Made by a program: the position numbers and the translations under genes. From NCBI GenBank assembly GCA_016209605.1, contig JACQVS010000106.1:6916-70915 (forward strand): a stretch of 64,000 nucleotides of DNA, given 5' to 3'. Each line of letters starts with the position of its first letter. Positions within the stretch are counted from its first letter, which is position 1. Shown here piece by piece: positions 23,528 through 32,576 of the stretch. The notes beneath the pieces were generated by a model. The model had not been told where the DNA came from, did no database searches, and was given only the letters and a program-made list of their open reading frames with translations. The stretch comes from Planctomycetota bacterium. Lineage in GTDB: Bacteria > Planctomycetota > UBA8108 > JACQVS01.

Positions 23528-26170
23528 TTATGCCGGCGCCTTCCCCCGGACCGATGCCACCATGGCCTCCAGGGCCTCCTCGGCCCCTTGCGGTTTGGCG
23601 CCGCCGGCGCGCACCATCTCGGAATTGCCGCCGCCGCGGCCTTCAATGGGCGCGAGCCCGGCCTGGAAGATGTGACGGCAGTCCCAGCCCGCCGCCGTCA
23701 GGTCCCGGGAGACGGCCACGAGGACCTGCACCTTCCCCTCCTGCCGGGCGAGGAAGATGAAAATGCCCCGCCGGGTGCTGTGCTTGAGGCCGTCGTAGGC
23801 CGCCAGGGCGGCGTCGAGACCGCCCCCCTCCAGGATGCCGTAGTGGAGGTCGATGGCCCGCTCGCCGGCGCCGATCTTCTCCGAGCGCAGGCCGAGGGCG
23901 GCCGGGGAGTCCTTCCGGGCGGGTCCGGCCGGCTTCTTCCCCTCTCGCGAACGCAGCTTCTTCAGCTCCTCGAGGTCCTTGCCGAGGCGCTCGAGGATCT
24001 GCTCGGGCGGCACCCGCAGCTGGGCGGCCAGTTCTTCCACCAGGCGGGCGTTGCGGCGGTGGAAGGTGGCCGCCTCCCGGTCGGTCAAGGCCTCGACGCG
24101 GCGCACCCCCGCCGACACCGAGCCTTCCTTCACCAGGGCGAAGGCACCGAGGTCCCCGGTGTGCTGGACATGGGTGCCGCCGCACAGCTCGAGCGAGAAG
24201 TCGCCGATCCTCACCACCCGCACGCGGTCGCCGTACTTTTCGCCGAAGAGCGCCATGGCCCCCTGGCGGACGGCGTCCTGGTAGTCGGTCTCGAAGGTCT
24301 CGACCGGCAGGTTGCGCGAGATCAGGGTCTGGACCAGCTCCTCCACTTGCTGCCGTTCATCGAGGTTGATGCCGCTGAAGTGGGTGAGGTCGAAGCGCAG
24401 CCGCGCCGGCTCGACCAGGGAGCCCTTTTGATGGACGTGCTGGCCGAGGGTCTGGCGCAGGGCGGCATGGAGGAGGTGCGTGGCGGTGTGGTTGCGCTCG
24501 ATGGCCGCCCGGCGCTCGGCATCGATTCTGGCCGTCAGGACCGACCCCGGCTGGACGCGGTCGGGGTTCCCCTCGAGCAGCCGGCCGTAGTGGATCCAGC
24601 GGCCGCGGTCCTTGCGCGTGTCCAGCACCTCGAGCACGAAATCGTCCCCCTCCATGCGGCCGGTGTCCCCCACCTGGCCGCCGCTCTCGGCGTAAAAGGG
24701 GGTTTGCGACAGCACCAGGCGCCAGTCCTCGCCGCGCTGCTGGGCGCCGAGGAGCTCCCCCTCGCAGATGCTCCGGCGGTAGCCGACGAACTCGGTCTCG
24801 GGGAAGCGCTCCAGGTCGAGCGCCTCGCTCGCCTCGCCCTTGACCAGGACCCCGAACCGCGACTCCTTGCGCGAGCGCGCCTTCTGAGCCTCCATCTCGC
24901 GCTCGTAGCCCTCGAGGTCCACCCGCATGCCGATCTCCCCGGCCATCTGCTGGACCAGGTCGACGGGGAAGCCGAAGGTGTCGTAGAGGACGAAGACCTC
25001 CTTCCCGGGGACGGTCTTCTCCCCGCTTTTCCGCAGCCTCGCCGCCATCTCCTCGAAGAGCTGGATGCCCTGGTCGAGGGTGCGGTCAAAGCGCTCCTCC
25101 TCGCTGCGGATCACGCCCTCGAGGTACTTGCGGCGCTCGGCGATCTCCGGGTAGGCGCCGGCCATGGTCTCGATCACCGTCTCCACCAGCCGGCAGAGGA
25201 GCAGCTCGCCGCCGGTCTGGATCTTGCGGCCGTAGCGGGCGGCGCGGCGCAGGATGCGCCGCAGCACGTAGCCGCGCCCTTCGTTGGAGGGCTCGGCGCC
25301 GTCGGCAAAGGCGAAGACCAGGGAACGGATGTGGTCGGCGATGACCCGGTGCGGCGTGCCGGCGGGGCCGCTCTCGTAGCGCTTGCCGGTCAACTTCTCG
25401 AGGCGCGCGATGATGGCCCCCAGGACGTCGGTTTCGAAGACCGAGTCGGCTCCCTGGAGCACCATGGCGATGCGCTCGAGCCCCATGCCGGTGTCGATCG
25501 AGGGGCGGGCGAGGGGGGTCTTCTTGCCGCCTTCGGCCTGGTCGAACTGCATGAACACCAGGTTCCAGATCTCGAAGAAGCGGTCGCAGTCGCACTGGCC
25601 AATGCCGCACCGTGGGCCGCAGGAGTACTTCTCGCCGCGGTCGATGAGGACCTCCGAGCACGGCCCGCAGGGCCCCACCTCGCCCATGCTCCAGTAGTTG
25701 TCCTCCTCTCCCAGGCCGACGATGCGCTGGGCGGGAACGCCCGCCTTGGCCTGCCAGAGCTGGCGGGCCTCCTGGTCATCCTGGTAGACCGTCACCCAGA
25801 GGCGCTTCGGGTCGAGCTTCAAGCGGGCGGTCAGGAGCTCCCAGGCGAACTCGATGGCCTCCTCCTTGAAGTAGTCGCCAAAGGAGAAGTTCCCCAGCAT
25901 CTCGAAGAAGGTGAGGTGGCGGGCGGTGTAGCCGACGTTGTCGAGGTCGTTGTGCTTGCCGCCGGCGCGAATGCACTTCTGCACGGTCGCCGCCCGGCGG
26001 GCGGGCGCCTTCTCCTTGCCGGTGAAAACGTTCTTGAACTGGTTCATGCCGGCGTTGGTGAAGAGCAGGGTGCGGTCGCCGTGGGGGATGACCGGGCTGG
26101 AAGGCAGGACATTATGGCCCTTGCTTTCAAAATAGCTCAAGAAGGACTGGCGGATCTCCGGGGTGTTCAT
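23528..26170 (-). CDS. alaS: Alanine--tRNA ligase
   Basis: 880 aa; class II motifs, FTNAGMNQFK, editing domain HTATHLLH, C-terminal DHHA1. Confidence 0.97.
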   Translation of the reverse strand: MNTPEIRQSFLSYFESKGHNVLPSSPVIPHGDRTLLFTNAGMNQFKNVFTGKEKAPARRAATVQKCIRAGGKHNDLDNVGYTARHLTFFEMLGNFSFGDYFKEEAIEFAWELLTARLKLDPKRLWVTVYQDDQEARQLWQAKAGVPAQRIVGLGEEDNYWSMGEVGPCGPCSEVLIDRGEKYSCGPRCGIGQCDCDRFFEIWNLVFMQFDQAEGGKKTPLARPSIDTGMGLERIAMVLQGADSVFETDVLGAIIARLEKLTGKRYESGPAGTPHRVIADHIRSLVFAFADGAEPSNEGRGYVLRRILRRAARYGRKIQTGGELLLCRLVETVIETMAGAYPEIAERRKYLEGVIRSEEERFDRTLDQGIQLFEEMAARLRKSGEKTVPGKEVFVLYDTFGFPVDLVQQMAGEIGMRVDLEGYEREMEAQKARSRKESRFGVLVKGEASEALDLERFPETEFVGYRRSICEGELLGAQQRGEDWRLVLSQTPFYAESGGQVGDTGRMEGDDFVLEVLDTRKDRGRWIHYGRLLEGNPDRVQPGSVLTARIDAERRAAIERNHTATHLLHAALRQTLGQHVHQKGSLVEPARLRFDLTHFSGINLDERQQVEELVQTLISRNLPVETFETDYQDAVRQGAMALFGEKYGDRVRVVRIGDFSLELCGGTHVQHTGDLGAFALVKEGSVSAGVRRVEALTDREAATFHRRNARLVEELAAQLRVPPEQILERLGKDLEELKKLRSREGKKPAGPARKDSPAALGLRSEKIGAGERAIDLHYGILEGGGLDAALAAYDGLKHSTRRGIFIFLARQEGKVQVLVAVSRDLTAAGWDCRHIFQAGLAPIEGRGGGNSEMVRAGGAKPQGAEEALEAMVASVRGKAPA

Positions 26171-26754
26171 GACTGGAAAAGGCCCTTCCCCAGGGGCCGG
26201 TAAACTGGCCCGGCCGGGGTCAAGGTGCTTGAAAACAGTATCATACCATCCACATCTATCGTTGGCGGGCCGGCGGAAATCATTCCTGGCCGCTCGGTGA
26301 AAACCTTCTCCCAGCCGGCGGCCCTCTCGTGGCGCGGATTGCGGCCGAAGGTCAAGTGGGGAGTCCAGGGGCGGTCCTCCTTGGGAAATCCCAGGCCCGC
26401 CAGCCCTCTTTCCAGCTCCGCCTGGAGGCGGATGACCCGGTCGAGGGCCTCGCCCGGCTGGAGGGCCAGCCAGAAGACCCGGGGGGCGTCGCGGCGGCCA
26501 AAGGATCCCGGCTCGCCGGCCGCGAGCGCAAGCGGCTTCTCCGCCCGAGCCGCCGCCTCGAGGAGCGCGAGGATCGCCGGGACCTGGTCCGGGCGCGTCG
26601 CTCCCAGGAAGCAGAGGGTCAAGTGGATGTTCTCCGGCTTGACCCAGCGGACCTTCGGGTACGCAGCCTTGAGCGCGGCCAGGGCCGGCTCCAGCCAGGC
26701 GCGCAGGGGGGCGCCGATGTCGATGGCAACGAAAGTGCGCAGCTCGTCGGGCAT
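26167..26754 (-). CDS. thpR: RNA 2',3'-cyclic phosphodiesterase (2H family, ThpR/LigT)
   Basis: 195 aa; two H-x-T-x motifs (HLTLCF, HLTFGR). Confidence 0.85.
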   Translation of the reverse strand: MPDELRTFVAIDIGAPLRAWLEPALAALKAAYPKVRWVKPENIHLTLCFLGATRPDQVPAILALLEAAARAEKPLALAAGEPGSFGRRDAPRVFWLALQPGEALDRVIRLQAELERGLAGLGFPKEDRPWTPHLTFGRNPRHERAAGWEKVFTERPGMISAGPPTIDVDGMILFSSTLTPAGPVYRPLGKGLFQS

Positions 26755-26789
26755 GATGATTTTCCCGGAATCCTCGCTCAGGCTGCCAT

Positions 26790-26866
26790 TAGATTTTTCC
26801 TCCGCAACTTCTCCGCATCCTGCGGAGAAGTTGCGGATAGCTCGGTTGCGGGCGAAGCCCGCATTA
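26790..26866. repeat. Family A palindromic repeat, copy 3 (reverse orientation)
   Basis: Reverse complement matches the 13299 core; loop GGAT. Confidence 0.8.
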
Positions 26867-26872
26867 TCAGCT

Positions 26873-27778
26873 TCATTCGATCCTCAGCAACTCGCAAAAC
26901 CTCTGGAAGCGGTGCTCCACCTCCCCCGCCTCGGCCTCGAGCAGCCGGCGGACCCCGAACTCCTCGACGCACAGGGAGGCGACCACCGCTCCGTGGGCGA
27001 GGGCGGCCTTGAAGCCGGCGCCGTCCAGGCGCTTCGAGCGCGCCAGGTAGCCCATGAGGCCGCCGGCGAAGCTGTCGCCGGCGCCGGTGGGGTCCTTGAC
27101 GTCGTGGACGGGGAAGGCGGGCAGGGGGACGACCTGCTCGCGGGTGAAGAGCATCGCCCCGTTCTCCCCCTTCTTGATGATGGCGCGCCCCGGCCCGAGG
27201 TCGAGGATTTCCTTTCCCGCCTCCACCAGGTTGCCGGCGCCGGTGAGGAGCAGGGCTTCCGAGTCGTTGATCACCAGGCCATCGATGCGCTCGAGGAGGT
27301 CGAGCAAGTCCTGGCGCTGGGTCTGGATCCACAGGTCCATGGTGTCGGCCATGACGAAGCGGGGGCTCCTCACCTGCTCGAGGACGCTCATCTGGGTGCG
27401 CGGGGCGCTGTTGGCGAGAAAGACAAACTCGGTGTCGCGGAACGTGGCGGGCAGCTTCGGCTGGAAGTCCTTGAGAACGTTGAGCTCGACGGAGAGGGTC
27501 TCGCGCCGGTTCATGTTGTCGAAGTACTCCCCCGCCCAGCGGAAGGTCTTCCCCCCCGCCACGGTTTCGAGGCCGGCGAGATCGATCCCCCGGCGGGCGA
27601 GCAGGCGGCGGTTCTCCTCCGGAAAGTCGCCCCCCACCACCCCCACGAGGCGCACCGGCCCGTGGAAGCTCGCCGCCAGCGAAAAATAGACGGCGGCGCC
27701 GCCCAGGGTGTCGTGGAGCTGCCCTGCCGGGGTCTTGATGCTGTCAAAGGCAACGGAGCCGGCGACGAGAAGGGACAT
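26873..27778 (-). CDS. PfkB-family carbohydrate/nucleoside kinase
   Basis: 301 aa; ribokinase-fold GG motif near the N-terminus and DPTGAGDSFAGG anion-hole motif. Confidence 0.85.
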   Translation of the reverse strand: MSLLVAGSVAFDSIKTPAGQLHDTLGGAAVYFSLAASFHGPVRLVGVVGGDFPEENRRLLARRGIDLAGLETVAGGKTFRWAGEYFDNMNRRETLSVELNVLKDFQPKLPATFRDTEFVFLANSAPRTQMSVLEQVRSPRFVMADTMDLWIQTQRQDLLDLLERIDGLVINDSEALLLTGAGNLVEAGKEILDLGPGRAIIKKGENGAMLFTREQVVPLPAFPVHDVKDPTGAGDSFAGGLMGYLARSKRLDGAGFKAALAHGAVVASLCVEEFGVRRLLEAEAGEVEHRFQRFCELLRIE

Positions 27779-27910
27779 GAAGCCTCCTGGGGACTGTCCA
27801 TGGGAGCCGATAAACCAGGTAAAACCGTGAAATTATACGGTCCCGCCGCTCTCCGTCAATAAACCCTCAACTTCATTGCGGCCGGACCCCGGCCGTGCTA
27901 TCCTTTTATA

Positions 27911-28094
27911 AGAGCCTGTCCCAAAAATCCATTCGGGCTTCGGCCGGCTGCAAAGGCGCCATGCTGCGTTGGGCCTCCTCGCCTTATTTCTCCGCCTAAT
28001 AAGGCTTCGTCGGTCCGCCTTGCCTGGCGCCTTTTCGCTCGGCCTCGGGCCTCGAAGCGACTTTCGGGACAGGCTCGAAGCGGAAGAAACAGGC
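27911..28094. mobile_element. MITE-like element, family B, copy A (terminal inverted repeats AGAGCCTGTCCC / GGGACAGGCTC, plus a duplicated end fragment gaaacaggc)
   Basis: About 75% identical to the copies at 29761-29966 and 34135-34301. Shared core cttcggccggctgcaa.ggcgcc...gggcctcct.gcc. Confidence 0.65.
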
Positions 28095-28162
28095 CGGCTG
28101 AAGTTTTTATAAAAACAATCATAAATCGAATTTACATCCCCTCCCACTGCATAGAACGCCAG

Positions 28163-29221
28163 GTGCCAGCGCGAATTTTCAAGGTAGATCCCAAGCAGTT
28201 TGACCCGCAGTGCCTGTCCGAGGCCGCCGGGATCCTGCGCTCGGGGGGAATTGTCGCCTTCCCCACCGAGACGGTCTACGGCCTGGGAGCGGCGGCCGAG
28301 AATCCCGAGGCCGTCGCCCGGCTGTGCGAGCTGAAAGGCCGGCCGAAGGACCAGCCCTTGACCCTCCACCTCGCCGACCCGGCGGAGGCGGAGAAGCACG
28401 CCGGCCAGATCCCCCGCCTGGCCCGCTTGCTCATGAACCGCTACTGGCCGGGGCCTCTCACCTTGATCCTGCCGGGGAAGTCGGGCGAGCCGGTGGGCCT
28501 GCGCGCCCCCTCCCATCCGGTGGCGCGGGAGCTGCTGCGCCAGGCGGGAGCGCCGGTCGTGGCGACGAGCGCCAACCCGCACGGCCAGCCGGACGCGACC
28601 GACGCCGAGGCGGTTACCGCCTGTTTCGGCGATCGGATCGAGGCCATGGTCGACGGCGGGCCGGCGATCCTCAAGCAGGCTTCCGCCGTCGTCCGCGTCG
28701 ATGAGCAGGGCTACAAGGTGCTGCGCCAGGGGATCATCACCCACGAGATGGTCCATCAGCTGCTGGTGGGGAAGGACATCCTCTTCGTCTGCACCGGGAA
28801 CAGCTGCCGCAGCCCCATGGCCGAGGCGCTCTTCCGCAAGTATCTCGCCAGGAAGCTGTCCGTGGCCGAGGACGACCTGCGCCAGCTCGGCTACTCGATC
28901 CACTCGGCCGGCATCTCCGCCATTGACGGCGGCGTGGCCAGCTCCCTGGCCGTCAAGGTGATGAAGGACATGGAGTGCGACTTGACCCGCCACACCACCC
29001 GCCAGCTCACCGGCGAGATGGTGGAGGAGGCGGACCGCATCTACACCCTCGGCCTCACCCACTACCAGCAGCTCCTCCAGCGCTACCCGCACCTCGAGGA
29101 GAAGCTGAGCATGCTGGCGGAAGAGAGCGTCGCCGATCCCATCGGCGGCAATATCGACGCCTACTGGCAGTGCGCCCGGGAGATCGAGGAGGGGGTGAGG
29201 AGGGTCCTGGAGAATTTCTAG
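28163..29221 (+). CDS. Fusion protein: L-threonylcarbamoyladenylate synthase (YrdC/Sua5/YwlC domain) + low-molecular-weight protein tyrosine/arginine phosphatase (YwlE-like)
   Basis: 352 aa; the N-terminal half has the YrdC fold signature (VAFPTETVYGLGA...SANPHG). The C-terminal half has the LMW-PTP P-loop VCTGNSCRSPMAEA and the DP loop. Confidence 0.85.
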   Translation: MPARIFKVDPKQFDPQCLSEAAGILRSGGIVAFPTETVYGLGAAAENPEAVARLCELKGRPKDQPLTLHLADPAEAEKHAGQIPRLARLLMNRYWPGPLTLILPGKSGEPVGLRAPSHPVARELLRQAGAPVVATSANPHGQPDATDAEAVTACFGDRIEAMVDGGPAILKQASAVVRVDEQGYKVLRQGIITHEMVHQLLVGKDILFVCTGNSCRSPMAEALFRKYLARKLSVAEDDLRQLGYSIHSAGISAIDGGVASSLAVKVMKDMECDLTRHTTRQLTGEMVEEADRIYTLGLTHYQQLLQRYPHLEEKLSMLAEESVADPIGGNIDAYWQCAREIEEGVRRVLENF

Positions 29222-29250
29222 ATTTATATATTAACGCGAGGACCGGAGCC

Positions 29251-29709
29251 ATGAAAATCGCCATCGCCAGCGACCACGCCGGCAGGAACCTGCGCCGTAA
29301 GATCAAGAGCCATCTCGCCGCCCGGGGCCACGAGGTGGTCGACCTCGGCCCCGAGTCGAGCGATCCCGTCGACTACCCCGACTACGCCGTCCAGGCCGCG
29401 AGACAGGTGGCGGGCGGCAAGGCGGAGCGCGGCGTCCTGGTCTGCGGCTCGGGAATGGGCATGATGCTCAGCGCCAACAAGGTCCCGGGCATCCTGGCGG
29501 TCGTCCCCCACACGGAAGATGAGGCCAGGCTGAGCCGAGCCCACAACAACACCAACGTCGCCTGCTTCGGCGAGCGCACCCAGGACCCCGAGCAGGTCCT
29601 CCAGCTCCTGGACCTCTGGCTCGCCACCCCCTTCGAAGGCGGCCGCCACGCGAGGAGGGTCGAGAAGATCCACAAGATCGAGGAGTCCCGCCAGGGAGGG
29701 GAGAAGTAA
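29251..29709 (+). CDS. rpiB: Ribose-5-phosphate isomerase B (start at MKIAIASDHAG; the tracked 28975 start is an upstream extension)
   Basis: RpiB/LacAB motifs (IASDHAG, VLVCGSGMGM). Confidence 0.9.
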   Translation: MKIAIASDHAGRNLRRKIKSHLAARGHEVVDLGPESSDPVDYPDYAVQAARQVAGGKAERGVLVCGSGMGMMLSANKVPGILAVVPHTEDEARLSRAHNNTNVACFGERTQDPEQVLQLLDLWLATPFEGGRHARRVEKIHKIEESRQGGEK

Positions 29710-29760
29710 ACGATGGGTCCTTGCTCCTCGACAAATCCGATAATGTGGCGCGGTAAAATT

Positions 29761-29966
29761 AGAGCCTGTTTCAGTAGACCATTCGGCCACCTCTGCAAGA
29801 GCACGGGGCCGGCTGCGAAGGCGCCAGCCGGCGTTGGGCCTCCTAGCCTTATTTCTCCGGTTAATAAGGCGGCGTCGGCCCGCCTTGTCTGGCGCCTTCT
29901 CGCCGGGCACCGCCCGGCGAAAGCCGGGTGGTCGCGGGCCTCGAAGCGCCTACCGAAACAGGCTCT
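29761..29966. mobile_element. MITE-like element, family B, copy B (terminal inverted repeats AGAGCCTGTTTC / GAAACAGGCTCT)
   Basis: 206 nt. The ~20-bp terminal inverted repeats match copy C. Internal ccttatt-tctccgg-aataagg hairpin. Confidence 0.7.
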
Positions 29967-29973
29967 TAGTCGA

Positions 29974-30387
29974 CTCCTGGCCCTCGGGATCGTGGGCGCC
30001 GCCCTGATGGCGGGGCCGCCTGGCGGCTCCCTTGCCACGGCCGCGCCGGACCAGGAACCAGGCCGGGAGCAACCTTTGACCATCGGTTTCCACAAGCAGC
30101 TTCTGGTGGATGACGCCATCGTTTCTCAGCGCACCAAAGTCAGCCGTGAGCTGGGACAAGTGACCAAAGCCAACGGCGGCAAACCGCTGATCGTCGCTGA
30201 AAGATCCTGGGAGAACGCCGATCTCATCCGGCTGGGAGCCGTTTTCCGGGACGGCGGGCGATTCCGAATGTGGTATCAGATGAACGACACGCTCTTCGGC
30301 TATGCCGAATCGGAAGACGGACTGCGCTGGACCAAGCCAAACCTGGGCTTTTACGAACATGGGGGGAGCAAGGACAACAACTTGTAG
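29974..30387 (+). CDS. Hypothetical protein (signal-peptide-like N-terminus if a CTG/GTG start just after the MITE is used; possibly a truncated fragment)
   Basis: The tracked ORF 29713..30387 has an N-terminal third that is translated MITE. The remainder (…LALGIVGAALMAGPPGGSLATAAP…WENADLIRLGAVFRDGGRFRMWYQ…) is protein-like but ends abruptly; there is no recognised family. Start not established. Confidence 0.35.
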   Translation, partial: LLALGIVGAALMAGPPGGSLATAAPDQEPGREQPLTIGFHKQLLVDDAIVSQRTKVSRELGQVTKANGGKPLIVAERSWENADLIRLGAVFRDGGRFRMWYQMNDTLFGYAESEDGLRWTKPNLGFYEHGGSKDNNL

Positions 30388-30390
30388 CGC

Positions 30391-32439
30391 TCACCCCTCC
30401 GACTCGCCCGTGAAGAGGAAGTGCTGCACTCCCGCCCTCGCCCACAGCTCCTTGCGGTAGCTCTGGAAGTAGAAGTCCTGGCGCTCGCGGAGGAGATTGG
30501 CGTGGTAGTACTTCTGCCTCTCCTTGAACTCCTCGGGATTGGGATTGAGCTTGCCGTTCAACCGGACGATGTAGAAAGCCCCGTTATCATCGTCGCGCAC
30601 GGCGCGGCCTGTCTTGCCCTCCTCCTCGATGGCGCAGGCCTCTCCGATCAACAGGCTGCTGCCCGGATGGGGCCTGGTGGCGGGCCTGGAAGGCTCGTCG
30701 CCCGGCGCCTCGGTCTTTTTCTTCCTGGCCGCTTTTTCATCCGGAACCTGAATCGAACCGTAGCGCTTCAGGAAGGGGCTGTCCACCACCTTGGCGCCGG
30801 CTTCCTTGGCGGCCTCCTCGAAGGACTTCTTCCCCTCGCGGATCGCCGCGGCCAGCGCCTCGGCCTGGTCGCGCAGCCGGTCCAGCGCCCGCGCCTTGAT
30901 CAGCTCATCGCGGGCCTCATCCTTCACCGGCTCGACACTGGTGGGGAGGCCGGGGTAGCGCACCTTGAGGTCGTGGTAAAGCACCAGGCCGTCCTTGTCC
31001 TGGGTCTCCTGCCAGAATTCCGCCACCTTGATGGCCACCTTCTTGCTCTCGTCCGTCTCCTTGGCGTTCTTGTCGGCGGTGGCGAACCAGCTCGAGACCT
31101 GGAAGGTGTAAAGGTTGCCGAGCTTGTCCAAGGCCTCCGGGCGGGTGAACCACTCCGAGGCGCCGGCCTGGAAATAGGGGTGCTTCTGCGCCACCTCGGC
31201 GGCGGTGGCGGGCTTCGCCGGGGCGGCCGGCGCCGGCTGATTCTCGCCCGAGCCGGCCGGCGGCGCCGCCGGCTTCTCCTCCGGCATCAGCATCTTCCGG
31301 ATCTCGTCGGCGGCCTTCCTCGCCAGCTCCTGGCTTTTCGATCTGGTGAGGTCCTTCACCACCTCGGCGCGCACCGCCTCGAGGGGCTTGTAGAGCTTCT
31401 GCTCGCGGGCCTCTTTATCCTGCGAGGAGAGCAGGTTGAACTCCGACTCGTCGACGTTCAGCCCCACCGAGTACTTCTCCTGCCGGGTGCGCAGGTACTC
31501 GCTTTTGATGTCGTCCTCGGTGAGCTGCGCCTCCTTCTCGAACACCTCGAAAGGAATGAAGTAGTGGCCGACCTGGATCTTGGACTCCTTGAGCTTGAAG
31601 CTGTCGAGGTTGTCCTCGAAGTGTTTTTTGATCTCCGCATCGGTGATCTTGGCGGCCACCTCCTCCTTGAGCTTGGCATCGGGCTTGAGCTCGAAGAAGG
31701 AAAGCTTGCGCAGCTGCTCCCTGCGCTGGTATTCCTGGTAAACCTCATCGGGATTGATTTGCGCCGAGTTGCGGGCATAGTCCACCGCCTTCTCGGCCTT
31801 GAGGTAGTTGGCCAGCATGGTCTCGAATTTCCGCGGGGAGACGCCGCTGATGCGGTGCTCCTGGAACTTCCTGAAGAGGCGCAGCCAGTCGGCGAGGTCC
31901 CAGGCGTTCGCCTTGCGCAGATCCTCCTTGCGCTGGAACCAGGCCATCCGGAGGTTGTCGAGCTTGCCGCCCGGCGCTGCGGCATTGGCGGCGCGGGCAT
32001 CCTCGGCGGCCCTCATGCCCCAGTAAATTTCCCGGATCGCCGCCCCCAATTCATCCTTCGAGATGATGATCCCCAGGCGGTCGGCCTCGTGCTGGAAGAG
32101 GAGATAGTCAACCCAGTCGAGGCGGCCATCCCGGCCCTCGCCGAAGCGGAGCGGGCGGAAGGTGTCGGCCAGGAAGGTATTGATCACCAGGATTTCCGAG
32201 TTCGCCGCGATCTGGTCCCGGTCATAAATCACCTTCCTGTCGATCTTCAGCCGCGGCGATTTGCTTCCCAGTGTGCCGAAGTAAGTCGTCGTGGCCCCGG
32301 TGAAGGCAAAGGAGAAGGAAATCAGCACCAGGAGGACCACCCAGAAGACTTTCTCGTTGACCTTGACCCAGAGCCAGAACCGGTCCCAGGTGGTTTGCTC
32401 CTTGCGGCGCCGGTGCTCCATACGATCGTGCTTGGCCAT
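30391..32439 (-). CDS. Membrane-anchored periplasmic chaperone, PpiD/SurA-like (putative)
   Basis: 682 aa; N-terminal TM helix (VFWVVLLVLISFSFAF), long charged periplasmic domain resembling SurA_N/PpiD chaperone modules. No clear parvulin catalytic motif was seen, hence low confidence. Confidence 0.45.
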   Translation of the reverse strand: MAKHDRMEHRRRKEQTTWDRFWLWVKVNEKVFWVVLLVLISFSFAFTGATTTYFGTLGSKSPRLKIDRKVIYDRDQIAANSEILVINTFLADTFRPLRFGEGRDGRLDWVDYLLFQHEADRLGIIISKDELGAAIREIYWGMRAAEDARAANAAAPGGKLDNLRMAWFQRKEDLRKANAWDLADWLRLFRKFQEHRISGVSPRKFETMLANYLKAEKAVDYARNSAQINPDEVYQEYQRREQLRKLSFFELKPDAKLKEEVAAKITDAEIKKHFEDNLDSFKLKESKIQVGHYFIPFEVFEKEAQLTEDDIKSEYLRTRQEKYSVGLNVDESEFNLLSSQDKEAREQKLYKPLEAVRAEVVKDLTRSKSQELARKAADEIRKMLMPEEKPAAPPAGSGENQPAPAAPAKPATAAEVAQKHPYFQAGASEWFTRPEALDKLGNLYTFQVSSWFATADKNAKETDESKKVAIKVAEFWQETQDKDGLVLYHDLKVRYPGLPTSVEPVKDEARDELIKARALDRLRDQAEALAAAIREGKKSFEEAAKEAGAKVVDSPFLKRYGSIQVPDEKAARKKKTEAPGDEPSRPATRPHPGSSLLIGEACAIEEEGKTGRAVRDDDNGAFYIVRLNGKLNPNPEEFKERQKYYHANLLRERQDFYFQSYRKELWARAGVQHFLFTGESEG

Positions 32440-32576
32440 GTTGAACTCCTTGACGAAGCCTCGCTCCCGGAGCCTTCCGATCCTTCCGGAAGCCGGGGCG
32501 AGGCGCCTGGCTTATTGATCGATCAAATTCCGAGCAAATCAATATAAGCCACGGAGCCGCTCCCCTGCAAATAGTT

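Noticed and set aside
23588-26203. 871-aa plus-strand ORF
   Set aside because: Antisense to alaS.
27833-29092. 419-aa minus-strand ORF
   Set aside because: Antisense to the TsaC-phosphatase fusion gene. Its C-terminus is MITE-derived (IRRRNKARRPNAAWRL peptide shared with other MITE copies).
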